Part shown: positions 31,264 through 41,799 of the stretch, in pieces | How the letters are laid out: each line of letters opens with the position of its first letter | Numbering within the stretch: the stretch's first letter is position 1 | Origin: Granulicella sp. | Lineage (GTDB): Bacteria > Acidobacteriota > Terriglobia > Terriglobales > Acidobacteriaceae | Reading direction: 5' to 3' | Assembly (NCBI GenBank): GCA_027339965.1 | Contig: DAHWNL010000039.1 | Span: 37,073 to 101,072 of the forward strand | DNA length: 64,000 bases | Program-made: the position numbers and the translations under genes | Notes under the pieces: model-generated | What the model was told of the DNA's origin: nothing | The model's input: only the letters and a program-made list of their open reading frames with translations | Databases searched by the model: none

Positions 31264-32673
31264 CTAACGGGAGGCCTCAACACGCATCATTAACGGGAAC
31301 TTTGGCCGTAACGTGATCCTCGCTTGTGCTACGACTGAATGTCTTGGAACAAACTGCAGACGCCAGCGCTGCGCAAGAGTGGCGAGTGAGAGAACACCTT
31401 CCATCCACGCAAAACCCTCTCCGATGCATTGACGACTCCCCCCTCCAAACGGGAAATAGGCAAACTTTGGTCGAACAGCTTTGGCGGCGGGTGTGTGGCG
31501 CTCCGGCCGGAAAGCAAGTGGATCTTCCCAGAACTCAGGAGAGCGATGCATGATGTACTGGCTCATAAAGAAGTGCGTATCTGGAGGAAACCGGTAAGGC
31601 CCGAGTTCTACCGGCTGCGTCGATTGCCTGCCCATGGCCCATGCGGGCGGGTAGAGTCGCATGGACTCGGCAAAAGCCATCTCGGTGTACCGTAGTTGCG
31701 GATAACTTTGCATGGTGGCCGATTGGCGGCCCAGCACCTGATGTACTTCCGTGTACATCGCGTTTGCGGCCGCAGGGTTCTGACTGAGCAGATACCAGGT
31801 CCAGGCCAAAGCGTTGGCTACCGTCTCATAGCCGGCCAGGAAGATTGTAAGCACCTCATCGCGTAGCTGGGTATCCGACATTGCCGCCCCGCTCCCTCCT
31901 TCACCGCGGGCAGCCATCAGGGTAGAGAGCAGATCGCCCCGCTGTTCGAGCTGTTGGAGCGAAAGCATACGACGGCTGCCGATCATCTTTGCCACTAGCG
32001 AGTCCAGGCGCGCACGAGAGCGCCGGAACTGCATCACTCCGGGTATAGGCCAGTGGAGCACGCTCTCCAGATTGGGGAAGGCGACCAGAAAGTTATAGAG
32101 CTCCATGATCGTGTTGACTTCATCGCGCACGGATAACACATCCGCCGTCACGTCAGAGTCAAAGAGCGTCTTGGCGACGATATGCAAGCTTAGCTGCATC
32201 ATCTCATCCGAGATGTCGATCTCATCGCCTGCGCTCCATCGGCCTGCGGTAGCGGTGGCGCAGGCTACGATCTGATCTGCATAGCCGGTGATACGTTGCC
32301 GATGAAAGGCAGGAGCCGCAATCCGTCGCTGGCTCGCATGGATGGGATCGTCGGAGGTGATCAGCCCTTCTCCCAGGAGGATCTTCATGCGCTTGAGCGT
32401 CCGTTCACGCACAAAACTTCCTGCCTGATTGACCAGAATCTCATTGATCCATGCCGGGTCGTTGACGAAGACCACGGTAGAGCCCATGAACCTGTAGTGC
32501 GCGATCCTGCCGAATACTTCATGCAGATGCTCGAAGAGCGGGATGGGCTCGCCGAAGCTTACCCACTTACGCAGGGCGTAGTAAGGCAGTGCGCGCCTCA
32601 GACCCGGAGGAAGGCGCCATTCTCCATCTGTGAAACCCTCTCTATAGTCAGAATCTCGTTCAAAGTTGCGCAT
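31264..32673 (-). CDS. Cytochrome P450
   Basis: AGYETVA I-helix, ESMR (ExxR), FRPER, FGGGSRQCIG heme motif. Confidence 0.96.
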   Translation of the reverse strand: MRNFERDSDYREGFTDGEWRLPPGLRRALPYYALRKWVSFGEPIPLFEHLHEVFGRIAHYRFMGSTVVFVNDPAWINEILVNQAGSFVRERTLKRMKILLGEGLITSDDPIHASQRRIAAPAFHRQRITGYADQIVACATATAGRWSAGDEIDISDEMMQLSLHIVAKTLFDSDVTADVLSVRDEVNTIMELYNFLVAFPNLESVLHWPIPGVMQFRRSRARLDSLVAKMIGSRRMLSLQQLEQRGDLLSTLMAARGEGGSGAAMSDTQLRDEVLTIFLAGYETVANALAWTWYLLSQNPAAANAMYTEVHQVLGRQSATMQSYPQLRYTEMAFAESMRLYPPAWAMGRQSTQPVELGPYRFPPDTHFFMSQYIMHRSPEFWEDPLAFRPERHTPAAKAVRPKFAYFPFGGGSRQCIGEGFAWMEGVLSLATLAQRWRLQFVPRHSVVAQARITLRPKFPLMMRVEASR

Positions 32674-33363
32674 GCGGAGGGACCCTTTTGTTGAAGAAGA
32701 CGGATGTGCATCACTTCGTTCGTGGTCAAGCTCTTAACCTGCCAAAGACCCTGATCCCATTCTGAACATGCTTTTTCTATTGACAGCTTGGCAAATGATC
32801 GATCGCTCTTCTGCATCTTGACCCCTGATTCCTTAACCATGCAGCCAATCAACCCCGGGCACAACTTTCCCTTCCGTAGCGGTCAGGCTACTTTGGCACC
32901 TGCGAGATCATCTTACGGTATCTATCCACGGAAGCCACATGAATCAGCATCTCCAACATGGGCCTGAATGCATACATTCAACTTGACATGTAGCAATATG
33001 CTCCAGCCTCCACTTCCTGGCCTCTCGGCCCCTTGCTTTGCAAGCGCAGTGGCTGCAATTCGATACTGCGCTCACCCAATGACATATTCCCTGCCCCGAA
33101 GGCCGTACAAACCCATCTCACCCAAACGCCTCCGGTTCTCTTGAGACGCACCTTCAGCGGTCTCACACATGACAGATGAAACAGCATCTGAGGGTCTACG
33201 CGATTCAACTGATCCCACCGGGGCCACTGAATCAGCAACGCGCAAGCAGTTCTACTCTGAATGACAGAATTGGCAAAGCAATTGACACGCAAACCCGTCC
33301 AGAGCCCTCTCGATCCACTGCTCAACTGTCCAGCATGAGTGCGACACCTTCCGCACTCCGCGC

Positions 33364-36042
33364 TTATCCCACACTCATCAGCCGAATGCTACTCTTCAGT
33401 CTGATATCACTGGAGGAAGACCCCACCATCACATCCACCATACCCGGATCAATGACGAATGCGTCTTTGTCCTCGCTCCAGTAGCATAGGGCCTGATGAT
33501 CGTGTGGAAGATTGAATGTCACTGTTCGCGTCTCTGAAGGCTTCAAATGGATGCGATCAAAAGCCACTAACTGTTGAATCGGTCTTATAACCGTGCCTCC
33601 ATGGACGTGGACGTAGACCTGCACCACTTCATCTCCCTCGCGGTCGCCCCGATTGGCCAAATCAAATGCTATCGCTACTGCTTTCCCTGGGCTTAAGGTG
33701 CTACTGCTGAGACGAAGATTCTTATATTCGAACTTTGTATAACTTAAACCGTAGCCAAATGGATACAGCGGATCACCGCGGAAGTACATATAGGTACGTC
33801 CCTCCCGGATGTTGTAATCATGAAAATCCGGCAGGTCCTCCACCCTGCGGTACCAGGTAACGCTCGTCTTGCCACCCGGGTTGTACTCACCGAACAACAC
33901 GTCCGCGAGCGCATTTCCCTGCTGCTCTCCCAACAACACTCCGCCCACAACTGCCGGCAAGTGCTCATCCTCCCAATTTACCGCCACCGGACAATTGGAC
34001 GAGATTACGAGAATGGTCTGCTGATTCACTTCGAACACCGCCTTCGCCAGCTCATGCTGCGCACCCGGGAGATGAATATGACGACGGTCGTGACCTTCCG
34101 TATCGATCTGCTGATCCGCACCCACAAACAGGAGAACGACGTCAGCCTCCTTGGCTATCCTCACAGCATCAGCAATCTCCGACGCTTCCGCATCGCCATT
34201 CACTGAACAGCCCATCGCATAATTCACTTCGGTAGGTTCGCTAGGCGAAACCGGAACCTGCCCCTTCGGGCTGAGATGAAAAGACTGTAGACTCATGGTG
34301 GAGTTTGGCTCAGTTACAAACCGCAAATACACTTCATGCGGGCCTTCAACAGGCTTCAATGGAGCGCTGACATTGATCCACTTATCCAACCCCCCACTGT
34401 TCGGAACACTCATCGTTGCCACTATCGTGCCGTCGAGGCTGTCTAGACGTACTTCGATGGAGCCCTGGTGAGAGTTGCTGGCAACGCGCGCTTGAAATTC
34501 GGTCGCACCTGTGAAGGACACTTTTTCGTACGACACCCAAGATCCCTGGCCAACATTTTCCAGGCATTCCCCGCCTTCGGAGCACCAACCTTGCTGTGGC
34601 TTATTGAACCATTGAGGCCATGCAATTCCTTGGGGGCCAGCACCCATCCGAGCGAATTCTGAGGCCAGCTTCTCGTAGGAAGCAGGACTCTTGATGCCCA
34701 ATGCATTTCGGATTCCTTGCAGGGGCGAGACTCGAAACCAGGGTGATCCGCTGTAATTGCCCAGGTGACATGCATAAGCCATTGGCCCTATCACTGCAAT
34801 CTTCTTCAGTTTCGTCTTATCAAGTGGGAGAGTACCATTTTCATTCTTGAAAAGAATGATCGACTGCCTGGCAGCTTCTCGAGCAAGTTCCTGGTGAGCC
34901 TTGCTGCTCAGACAACTTTCTTCAATCCGGCTGTAGGGATTCTGTTCGGGAGGATCCAACTCTCCCAGAAGAACTCTCCCCGTGATGGAGCGGATAAGCG
35001 ACTCGTTCAGAGCAGACTCGCTCACCAGCATCTCGCTGACAGCCCGTTCAAGGTTCATTTGCAGTGTCTTCCCGCAATTTATATCGCAACCTGCGTTGAC
35101 CGCGATAGCTGACGCTTCCACATAGTCAGGCACGAAATGGTGCCCACGACAAATATCTGCAATTGCATCGCAATCAGTAACGACATATCCACGGAATCCC
35201 CATCGATCTCGTAACACGTCCTTCAGCAAGAACTTGTTGGCGCTCGTAGGGACTCCGTTCAATGCATTATACGAGCTCATGACCGTAAATACGCCTCCAT
35301 CTTTCACAGAGGCCTCAAAGCCGCGCGTGTAGTATTCCCAGAAATTGCGAGCATCCATCGAGGCCGACATGACGTGTCGATCGTCTTCAGTCGCATTGCC
35401 AATGTAGTGCTTGGCACAGGCAATCGTTTTGAGATACCTGGGATCATCTCCCTGCATGCCGCGAATAGTCTGGATCGCCATCTGCCCCACCTGATAAGGA
35501 TCTTCGCTGTAGTTCTCGGCAATGCGCCCCCAGCGAGGATCACGAGAGCCCATATTGACCGTTGGCGGCGAAAACATCGCCAGCCCCTCCCCACTTTTCT
35601 TGTGCCACGCCCAGATTTCGTCTGACACAGCTTCGAAGACACGATAGATCAGTAGGCAATTCCACGAAGAACCTAGCGCAAGCGGCTGTGGAAATGCCGT
35701 CACGGGCCCCAGGTGCATAAGGCCATGCAGGGCTTCGTTAGCATAATATTGAAAGGCTGGTAGCCCTAGCCTCGGGATGGCAGGCACCTGAACCCCGAAT
35801 TGCGAAGCCTTCTCTCGCAAAGTCATCTTCGCAACAACTGAAGCAGCACGTTTCCGCGCTGCTTCAAAATGTTCTGTCGATATCCCACCTTGGCTCGGAA
35901 TGGACGATCCGGCTGTTGACATTGGGGAGTCAGCCACTTCCTTAGGCGCAGACTCCTGCTTCGCCGCTGTGGGCTCCAGGCGATGCAAGGTTGCCAGCGT
36001 CATAGCGGTCACCCCACCAACAAAATCTCTTCGAGACACCAT
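33364..36042 (-). CDS. Tat-exported GH3 beta-glycosidase (xylosidase/glucosidase-like) with inserted CBM6 and Fn3-like domain
   Basis: SRRDFVGG Tat motif, RDPRWGR, CAKHY, VVTDCDA nucleophile, YPFGYGLSY; CBM6-like ARVASN...IEVRLDSLDG...HEVYLRF. Confidence 0.93.
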   Translation of the reverse strand: MVSRRDFVGGVTAMTLATLHRLEPTAAKQESAPKEVADSPMSTAGSSIPSQGGISTEHFEAARKRAASVVAKMTLREKASQFGVQVPAIPRLGLPAFQYYANEALHGLMHLGPVTAFPQPLALGSSWNCLLIYRVFEAVSDEIWAWHKKSGEGLAMFSPPTVNMGSRDPRWGRIAENYSEDPYQVGQMAIQTIRGMQGDDPRYLKTIACAKHYIGNATEDDRHVMSASMDARNFWEYYTRGFEASVKDGGVFTVMSSYNALNGVPTSANKFLLKDVLRDRWGFRGYVVTDCDAIADICRGHHFVPDYVEASAIAVNAGCDINCGKTLQMNLERAVSEMLVSESALNESLIRSITGRVLLGELDPPEQNPYSRIEESCLSSKAHQELAREAARQSIILFKNENGTLPLDKTKLKKIAVIGPMAYACHLGNYSGSPWFRVSPLQGIRNALGIKSPASYEKLASEFARMGAGPQGIAWPQWFNKPQQGWCSEGGECLENVGQGSWVSYEKVSFTGATEFQARVASNSHQGSIEVRLDSLDGTIVATMSVPNSGGLDKWINVSAPLKPVEGPHEVYLRFVTEPNSTMSLQSFHLSPKGQVPVSPSEPTEVNYAMGCSVNGDAEASEIADAVRIAKEADVVLLFVGADQQIDTEGHDRRHIHLPGAQHELAKAVFEVNQQTILVISSNCPVAVNWEDEHLPAVVGGVLLGEQQGNALADVLFGEYNPGGKTSVTWYRRVEDLPDFHDYNIREGRTYMYFRGDPLYPFGYGLSYTKFEYKNLRLSSSTLSPGKAVAIAFDLANRGDREGDEVVQVYVHVHGGTVIRPIQQLVAFDRIHLKPSETRTVTFNLPHDHQALCYWSEDKDAFVIDPGMVDVMVGSSSSDIRLKSSIRLMSVG

Positions 36043-36921
36043 TAGTGAATCCTCCAAATCATTCCTGAAAGCAGCTCTACAGTGCTCTCTATTGGAAATC
36101 TGACTTTCCGACCGTTGGGATCATAGCTTGCACTAGCTTTCCTGAGCACTTCGCAAGACTCTTGCTCGTGCAAGCGCCAACTTCCGCTAACGAGGCCAAC
36201 AGTCTAACATAGGTGTAAATGGCGCAGGCATGAATGGCCCCGGAACTCGACGATAATCAAACCCTTGACAATGTCGTCCTCCCGCCATCCATTCCCACTT
36301 GGCTAGCGACATTCCTATTGAGGCGAGCCCTTGGTTGCGGGCCCGCGTTGGCTTCCGAAAGTTCTTCCCGGAACTGGCAGTTATATCCCGGTCGGAGTAC
36401 GCGGTGGCATGCTTTGCGATAGCCAGTTTCAACCCGTTGAAGGTCCTCGCGTACGGTCATCTGAGCTTCACCAGTTCTGGACCTCCGCGTTAACTTTCCT
36501 TGTACAACCGTGCCCCCCGAGCCACAATGAACAGGAAACGGCTATCACCTTGGCCACTCCAGAGAATCGACCGAAGGCTCATCTGTAATGCGCAGGCCTG
36601 AATCGAGGTCACTGTAGGCGCAGATGCCTCGATCATTCATAGACACTGCCCTGCCGTCCCGCTTCGACGAAGGAGCGCTGCTCCGCGTCTTTGCTCAAAC
36701 CTTCTGACGATTCTTTGACAAACCTATGCAACTCCAAATATCAACACCCATCTCCCAACCTATGAATCAGCGAGAGCTGTCTCCGTCGGCAAACATCTGA
36801 CAGTGCGAAGACATCTTTGACTTCCATCTCTTCAGCAGTGGAGTCGGAGCTTGACGACGCAACGCCATCATTGTGCGACGCGAGCTTTCATGGCCTCTTA
36901 TGCATGTAGATCGAAATGACC

Positions 36922-38976
36922 TCAGGCGAACATAGACAGCACGGGCCGCCCATAACGCAGCGATATTTTACGAAGCTCCCCTCGTATGGGGAGATTGAAT
37001 AACTCCATCGGTTCCTTAATACCTGGCCCCTCTTTTACCAATCCTCCGTCACTGATATCGACAATCGATTCGATGCCTATCAGGCACAACAGAGCGCCCC
37101 ATGTATAGTTCGGGTCACCGCCGACACCTCCGTCGATACTCAGGTAGTTTTCCGCACAGGATCCCTCTGCCAGCCAATTGTCCATGAAGAGGCGGACGCT
37201 CTTTTGCGCAAATGCAGACTGCACATCTGAAGATGCATAGCGCTTGATGCCCTGGAACACCAGATAATTCACGGGTGCCCATATCGTTCCGTGCCAATAA
37301 GTTTGGCGAAGGAAGAAAGGGTCTTTTCGGGACACCGTGGGCAGAATCCACTCGCCCCAAAACTGTTCCGGATCAAGCATCACAGAAAGAACCCTATCGG
37401 CACGTGACCGATCCGGAGCTCCACAGATCAATGGATAAAAGTTTGCAGGCGTCAAGCGCGTCAGGAACTCCCCAGGCGTGCCATCGTCATTGTCCCAGAA
37501 TCGACTGCAATAGATACCCAAGCTCTCATTCCACAGTTTCGCATTGATGCGTCGATTCATCTCCACCGAATCGTTCTGGTGAGCTGCCGCTTCCTTCTGC
37601 ATGCCTATCTCTGCGGCAATCAAGGCCAGATAATGCGCATCCATAGACCAGAGAGAGCACAAATCTACCGCATAGACATTCATAACGCTACCCACCATCC
37701 TCACGCCATGGACACCTTCGAAGTGTGGCGTATCGTCCCAGCCTGTCTCCCACTGAGCTCCTCGCAGGGTGCCTGTACTGCTTCCCCATTGCAACAGACC
37801 GTCCTTCTTCGCATTTCGCTCCCTCAGCCACCAAGCATTCCAGGCTGCGAGCTTTGGGTAAATCTCGCGAAGGAACGCCACATCCGGCCAGCGCAGATGC
37901 ATTTTCCAGACGCACATCGAGCCCACGGGCGGGTCCGACCGATCCTCGCTGATACCATCATCCTTTGAATCGATCAAATGGCTTGTATGCGCATAATTCG
38001 GGACCATCCCATTGGTTCGTTGGTAGGAGAGCATGGTTCGAACTGTCTGACGGCCCATCTCCGGATCACCAAGGTTCGCCAGCAATGCGCTGAAGAAGCT
38101 ATCCCAGCAGAAATAGGGGCAGGAGTTGGGCGAGTTTCCGCCAAAGGTGCGCGAAACACTGATCGCAACGGTATTGTTGTCGTTCGAGTAAATCCTCGAA
38201 TTGTTCAGATTATCTGTGATTGCTGCAAGGATATCGCCGCTCGGCCCATCTGCTCTGGGCCGCCGCTCGTCATAAAGTCTCTCTGCCTCAGCCAGATGTT
38301 GGTCAATGCCATCGAATGAGGGTAGCTCGCCAAATCCAGCCACAATATACGTCGGGCGCTCAGATCCTCCGAGTGGGAGTGTAAACTGCGAAGCGTCGAG
38401 AGATGTAACTGCAGGCTCGCTTTTCAGTCTCCATGTAACGGTCTTCCCCGTGGGTATCCTGGCTACACCCTTGATTTCTCCTCCATCAAGAGAAAACTCG
38501 CTTTGGAATCCAGGCCAGTTTTGATTGATCCTGAAACTGATATCCCCTGGATAGGCGGATATCAGCCGGCCTATGACAACTTCTCCCATTCGTGACCATT
38601 GAAACTCAACACGGCGCATGTCTGCCGGACCGGCCTCGCCCGGTCTTACAAAGGAGTGGGGATGCGGCTCCACGGAGGAAGATGAAAAGATAACCTTGTG
38701 AAAGGAGTCGTTCGGAGAGACCGTCCCTGCTCTGTACGGTCCACCAGGGTTGATAACGAATGCCGCCGCATCATCCTTGATAAAGCTGATCCCATTCGGC
38801 GCCGAAAAGTAAAAGTTGCCAATGCGCGTTGTACCACTCGGGGCTGAGATGTCTGTCGGGGCCATCGAATTCGGAGAAACCTCGTTCGTGCCGCTTCCGC
38901 TCGAAGCAAACAATGTTCTCGATTTGGCAAAACATGCTGCTGCAACGCCTCCCATGAAGCCGCGCCTTGAGATCAT
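36922..38976 (-). CDS. Tat-exported GH63/MGH1-like glycoside hydrolase
   Basis: SRRGFMGG, FCWDSFF, WETGWDDTP, YWHGTIW..VNY and ENY motifs; AGGAGG RBS. Confidence 0.85.
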   Translation of the reverse strand: MISRRGFMGGVAAACFAKSRTLFASSGSGTNEVSPNSMAPTDISAPSGTTRIGNFYFSAPNGISFIKDDAAAFVINPGGPYRAGTVSPNDSFHKVIFSSSSVEPHPHSFVRPGEAGPADMRRVEFQWSRMGEVVIGRLISAYPGDISFRINQNWPGFQSEFSLDGGEIKGVARIPTGKTVTWRLKSEPAVTSLDASQFTLPLGGSERPTYIVAGFGELPSFDGIDQHLAEAERLYDERRPRADGPSGDILAAITDNLNNSRIYSNDNNTVAISVSRTFGGNSPNSCPYFCWDSFFSALLANLGDPEMGRQTVRTMLSYQRTNGMVPNYAHTSHLIDSKDDGISEDRSDPPVGSMCVWKMHLRWPDVAFLREIYPKLAAWNAWWLRERNAKKDGLLQWGSSTGTLRGAQWETGWDDTPHFEGVHGVRMVGSVMNVYAVDLCSLWSMDAHYLALIAAEIGMQKEAAAHQNDSVEMNRRINAKLWNESLGIYCSRFWDNDDGTPGEFLTRLTPANFYPLICGAPDRSRADRVLSVMLDPEQFWGEWILPTVSRKDPFFLRQTYWHGTIWAPVNYLVFQGIKRYASSDVQSAFAQKSVRLFMDNWLAEGSCAENYLSIDGGVGGDPNYTWGALLCLIGIESIVDISDGGLVKEGPGIKEPMELFNLPIRGELRKISLRYGRPVLSMFA

Positions 38977-39112
38977 CTCTTGCTTCCTCCTTCGGTGTCT
39001 TGTGAAATGGATGATTGGCGCCCATGTTCGCTGAGACAGAACATTTCAGCCGGTGAGTTCTATCGGCGTATCCCAATGAAGCGCTAAGCTTTTGTCCGGC
39101 CAAATGGGCGAT

Positions 39113-39142
39113 GAAGCGCCACCCGCGAAGAGATGGCGCTTC
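39113..39142. terminator. Stem-loop between the two glycoside hydrolase genes
   Basis: GAAGCGCCA-N12-TGGCGCTTC; no clear U-tract. Confidence 0.35.
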
Positions 39143-39169
39143 CGCTGGGATACCACATCTAGGGCAGGA

Positions 39170-41605
39170 TTATTTGGGGCTGTACTCTTCTCCCGTCTTC
39201 AGAAAGCTTTGATAGCGGGCTCTATATTCATGCTCATACCCCGCAACCGCCTGCTCATAGCTCATTGACTGACTGCTTGCCTTCCTGTGCCATTGGATGA
39301 CGACAGAGGTGACATCAACAGGAAGGATGACTTCGCCCTTCACTATGGATAAGCTTTTACCGTTCGCGGTCACGCTGGATGTATCCATAAACCAAGGCAG
39401 ATGGAGGATGATTCTTTTTGGCGCATGGACAAAGGATGTATTTAGGCTCAATTCGGCTCTGGTGGTGGAGACAGACTTCAAGGACATGTTCACTACACCA
39501 AAGTCTGTTGGCGCCTTGGTCACCTGAACGGTGTCGCCCGGTTCGACCCATGCCGGAGAGATCGCCGACAGCAGATGAAGATCCTGTCCCTGCTCCCGCA
39601 GCAGCATATCCCGCAGACACATGCGCAATCTGGCTGCGAACCATCCATGGGGTGACAGATTATCCCTGAAATCTCTATCTCCCCAGGCAGGTACATCCGT
39701 TTCAAAACCGGCCTGTGTTGAGCTGGTATGCACGAGTTCGGCATACAAATCCTCAACCGCCAACTGCTGCTGATTTCGGATGAGTTCTGTCTCCGTGTTG
39801 CTGAAGCCAAGATAGTCATGCAATGACTTCCCATCATCATAAGTCATAATGCCTTCAGCATATTTGGCGCGGGTTCCATCCAGAGTTGCCGTCACCATCG
39901 GGTTGTTGGGAGCCAGCACAATCCCGGGGTAAACAGCGAGCATATTGCCCCAATCCTGACCGTGTTGCCCATCCAGACCGGGTGGAATGAATCCGCCGGT
40001 CTTGCTGGTCACCTTGTCCAACACCTGAATGAACGTTGAAAGGTAATTGTCATATTCGTCCTGGAACTGCTTGGCCTCCGCCTCGTGTCCCGTGGCGTGG
40101 GCAAGGATAATCGCATTCTGCAATCCATCCAGCGCCCAGAAGTTATGCCCCGTCACGTGTCCAGTGATATTTTCATTATCTCCGGGTGAGGTCGCGGGAA
40201 GGAGGTGGAGTGGGTCGCTTTGCCTGGCCCGCTTTATCCATGCCACTGCCCTTTCGACTGAGGGGAACACCTTTTCTGCGAAGGCTTGATCGCGAGTGAT
40301 CTCATAATGCTGCCCATAAGCCCACAGAACCTGTCCGACTCCATCGAACTGGCCGCCTTGGGAGACAAAATTCCCATCGGGGCGTTGCCAATTGCTGAAG
40401 AAGTCCAAATCCTGCTGTGCAAAGTGCGAATATCCGGTCAGATCATACATATTCGCGATAAAGGAGGCATCGCGTAGCCAAAAGGCATGATAGTGGAGGT
40501 CATTGACTGTCTGGATGTAATCGTTCCCGATCTTTTCTCGCGCGATAAGATCATAGATAAGACTGGCTTTGAACGTATCGTTCACTTTTTCTTCTGGCAC
40601 TTGAATATCCATGCCCATCTTCAGCACTCCATCCCAGAACTGGATGGTTCGTGGAAGATATTGATCGAATGTCGCGGAGTTGAAGGTAGTCGATTCAGTG
40701 GAGCCTGCTGGGAAGGGGATGACGGGAAGCTTGAAATCCAGCGTCATGCGCTGGCCTGGTTGCAGGGAGAGTTTGTACTCTACGATGCCGACCGGAGTCG
40801 TGGGCAAGATGCGCAATGCTCTCGGCTTGAGAGTGCCTGATTCGCTTGCTCCTGCTTTCAGCGTATATTTTACTGAGTGCGGAAAGGCCTCTGGGAAGGC
40901 GTACAGGACCTGTCCATCTCGCTGAATTGTGTTAGCACTGGAACTATACTTCCAGGACGCGTCGAAGAGCACTCCAGGTTGGCTGTAACCACCGGGTCTT
41001 TTCGGGGTGACAGGGCGCCTGAAGCGGTTGTCCGGTATGCCGTACGTGGTGTTGATTCCGCCTTCATAACGCATGCCGGCAGAAAACCAGGCAGTGCGCT
41101 TCACCGCATTTTCATTGGCAATTTGGACGCGAACAAAGTCAACCAGATCACCGGAAGACTCGCCGTTTAAAGTAGCTGCAAAATCCGTGAAGGTGTAGCG
41201 AATCCCGTCTTTCACGTAGGAATAATGAATCACCGGCAGATAGCCGTGGAGGAGCGTCTTCACTCTCTGGTTGATCGGAGTAGCTGGGTTGCCGGTGAAA
41301 AACATCATCTCGCCGTATCCTGTGTACAAAAAGCCTTCTGGAGAGACGAGCGTTCCTGAGGGAGCATCCATGACTCCGATCTCATCCGTTGGGTGGCTGT
41401 AGTAGGAAAATGGGCCGGTTTGTGCGTCGATGGAAGGGTCGACCATCTGTGCGCACATCGTGGCGGACAACCCCATGCTGAACCATACGCACAAACAAAA
41501 AGCAAGCGCCGCTTGCTTCAGAGAGGAGGAAATTGCAGACCGAAACATCAGGGCACAGATCATCGGCGATCTTTGCGAAATTCTTTTCTCGATAAGATTT
41601 GGCAT
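39170..41605 (-). CDS. Secreted uncharacterised six-hairpin glycosidase-like protein
   Basis: Signal peptide ending TMCAQ, YHAFWLRDAS, QRPDGNF, GQFDGVGQVLWA, PHGWFAA; GAGG RBS before ATG 41605. Confidence 0.7.
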   Translation of the reverse strand: MPNLIEKRISQRSPMICALMFRSAISSSLKQAALAFCLCVWFSMGLSATMCAQMVDPSIDAQTGPFSYYSHPTDEIGVMDAPSGTLVSPEGFLYTGYGEMMFFTGNPATPINQRVKTLLHGYLPVIHYSYVKDGIRYTFTDFAATLNGESSGDLVDFVRVQIANENAVKRTAWFSAGMRYEGGINTTYGIPDNRFRRPVTPKRPGGYSQPGVLFDASWKYSSSANTIQRDGQVLYAFPEAFPHSVKYTLKAGASESGTLKPRALRILPTTPVGIVEYKLSLQPGQRMTLDFKLPVIPFPAGSTESTTFNSATFDQYLPRTIQFWDGVLKMGMDIQVPEEKVNDTFKASLIYDLIAREKIGNDYIQTVNDLHYHAFWLRDASFIANMYDLTGYSHFAQQDLDFFSNWQRPDGNFVSQGGQFDGVGQVLWAYGQHYEITRDQAFAEKVFPSVERAVAWIKRARQSDPLHLLPATSPGDNENITGHVTGHNFWALDGLQNAIILAHATGHEAEAKQFQDEYDNYLSTFIQVLDKVTSKTGGFIPPGLDGQHGQDWGNMLAVYPGIVLAPNNPMVTATLDGTRAKYAEGIMTYDDGKSLHDYLGFSNTETELIRNQQQLAVEDLYAELVHTSSTQAGFETDVPAWGDRDFRDNLSPHGWFAARLRMCLRDMLLREQGQDLHLLSAISPAWVEPGDTVQVTKAPTDFGVVNMSLKSVSTTRAELSLNTSFVHAPKRIILHLPWFMDTSSVTANGKSLSIVKGEVILPVDVTSVVIQWHRKASSQSMSYEQAVAGYEHEYRARYQSFLKTGEEYSPK

Positions 41606-41767
41606 GGTTACCTCGAAAAACGGAGTAGGCGGCGCACTCAGGTTCATTTCGGATTCAGCCCGCCACCATTGTGTGGGTCGTGCTCGGTTGCGGTTCCTGA
41701 TTTCGGAATCGTGCCGGCGAAGGTGCCTGTAGCATATCCGGGAGAAAGACTTTTTACAAGTAATTGT

Positions 41768-41799
41768 ATTCAAGACTGGATTCAGGACTGGATTCAGGA
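41768..41799. repeat. Short tandem repeat, 12 bp unit, about 2.7 copies
   Basis: ATTCAAGACTGG ATTCAGGACTGG ATTCAGGA. Confidence 0.8.

Noticed and set aside
32674..33363. Short ORFs between P450 and GH3
   Set aside because: No RBS or motif support in any frame; possibly eroded DNA but unassignable.
36043..36921. Short ORFs between GH3 and the GH63-like gene
   Set aside because: No recognisable family and no consistent coding frame.
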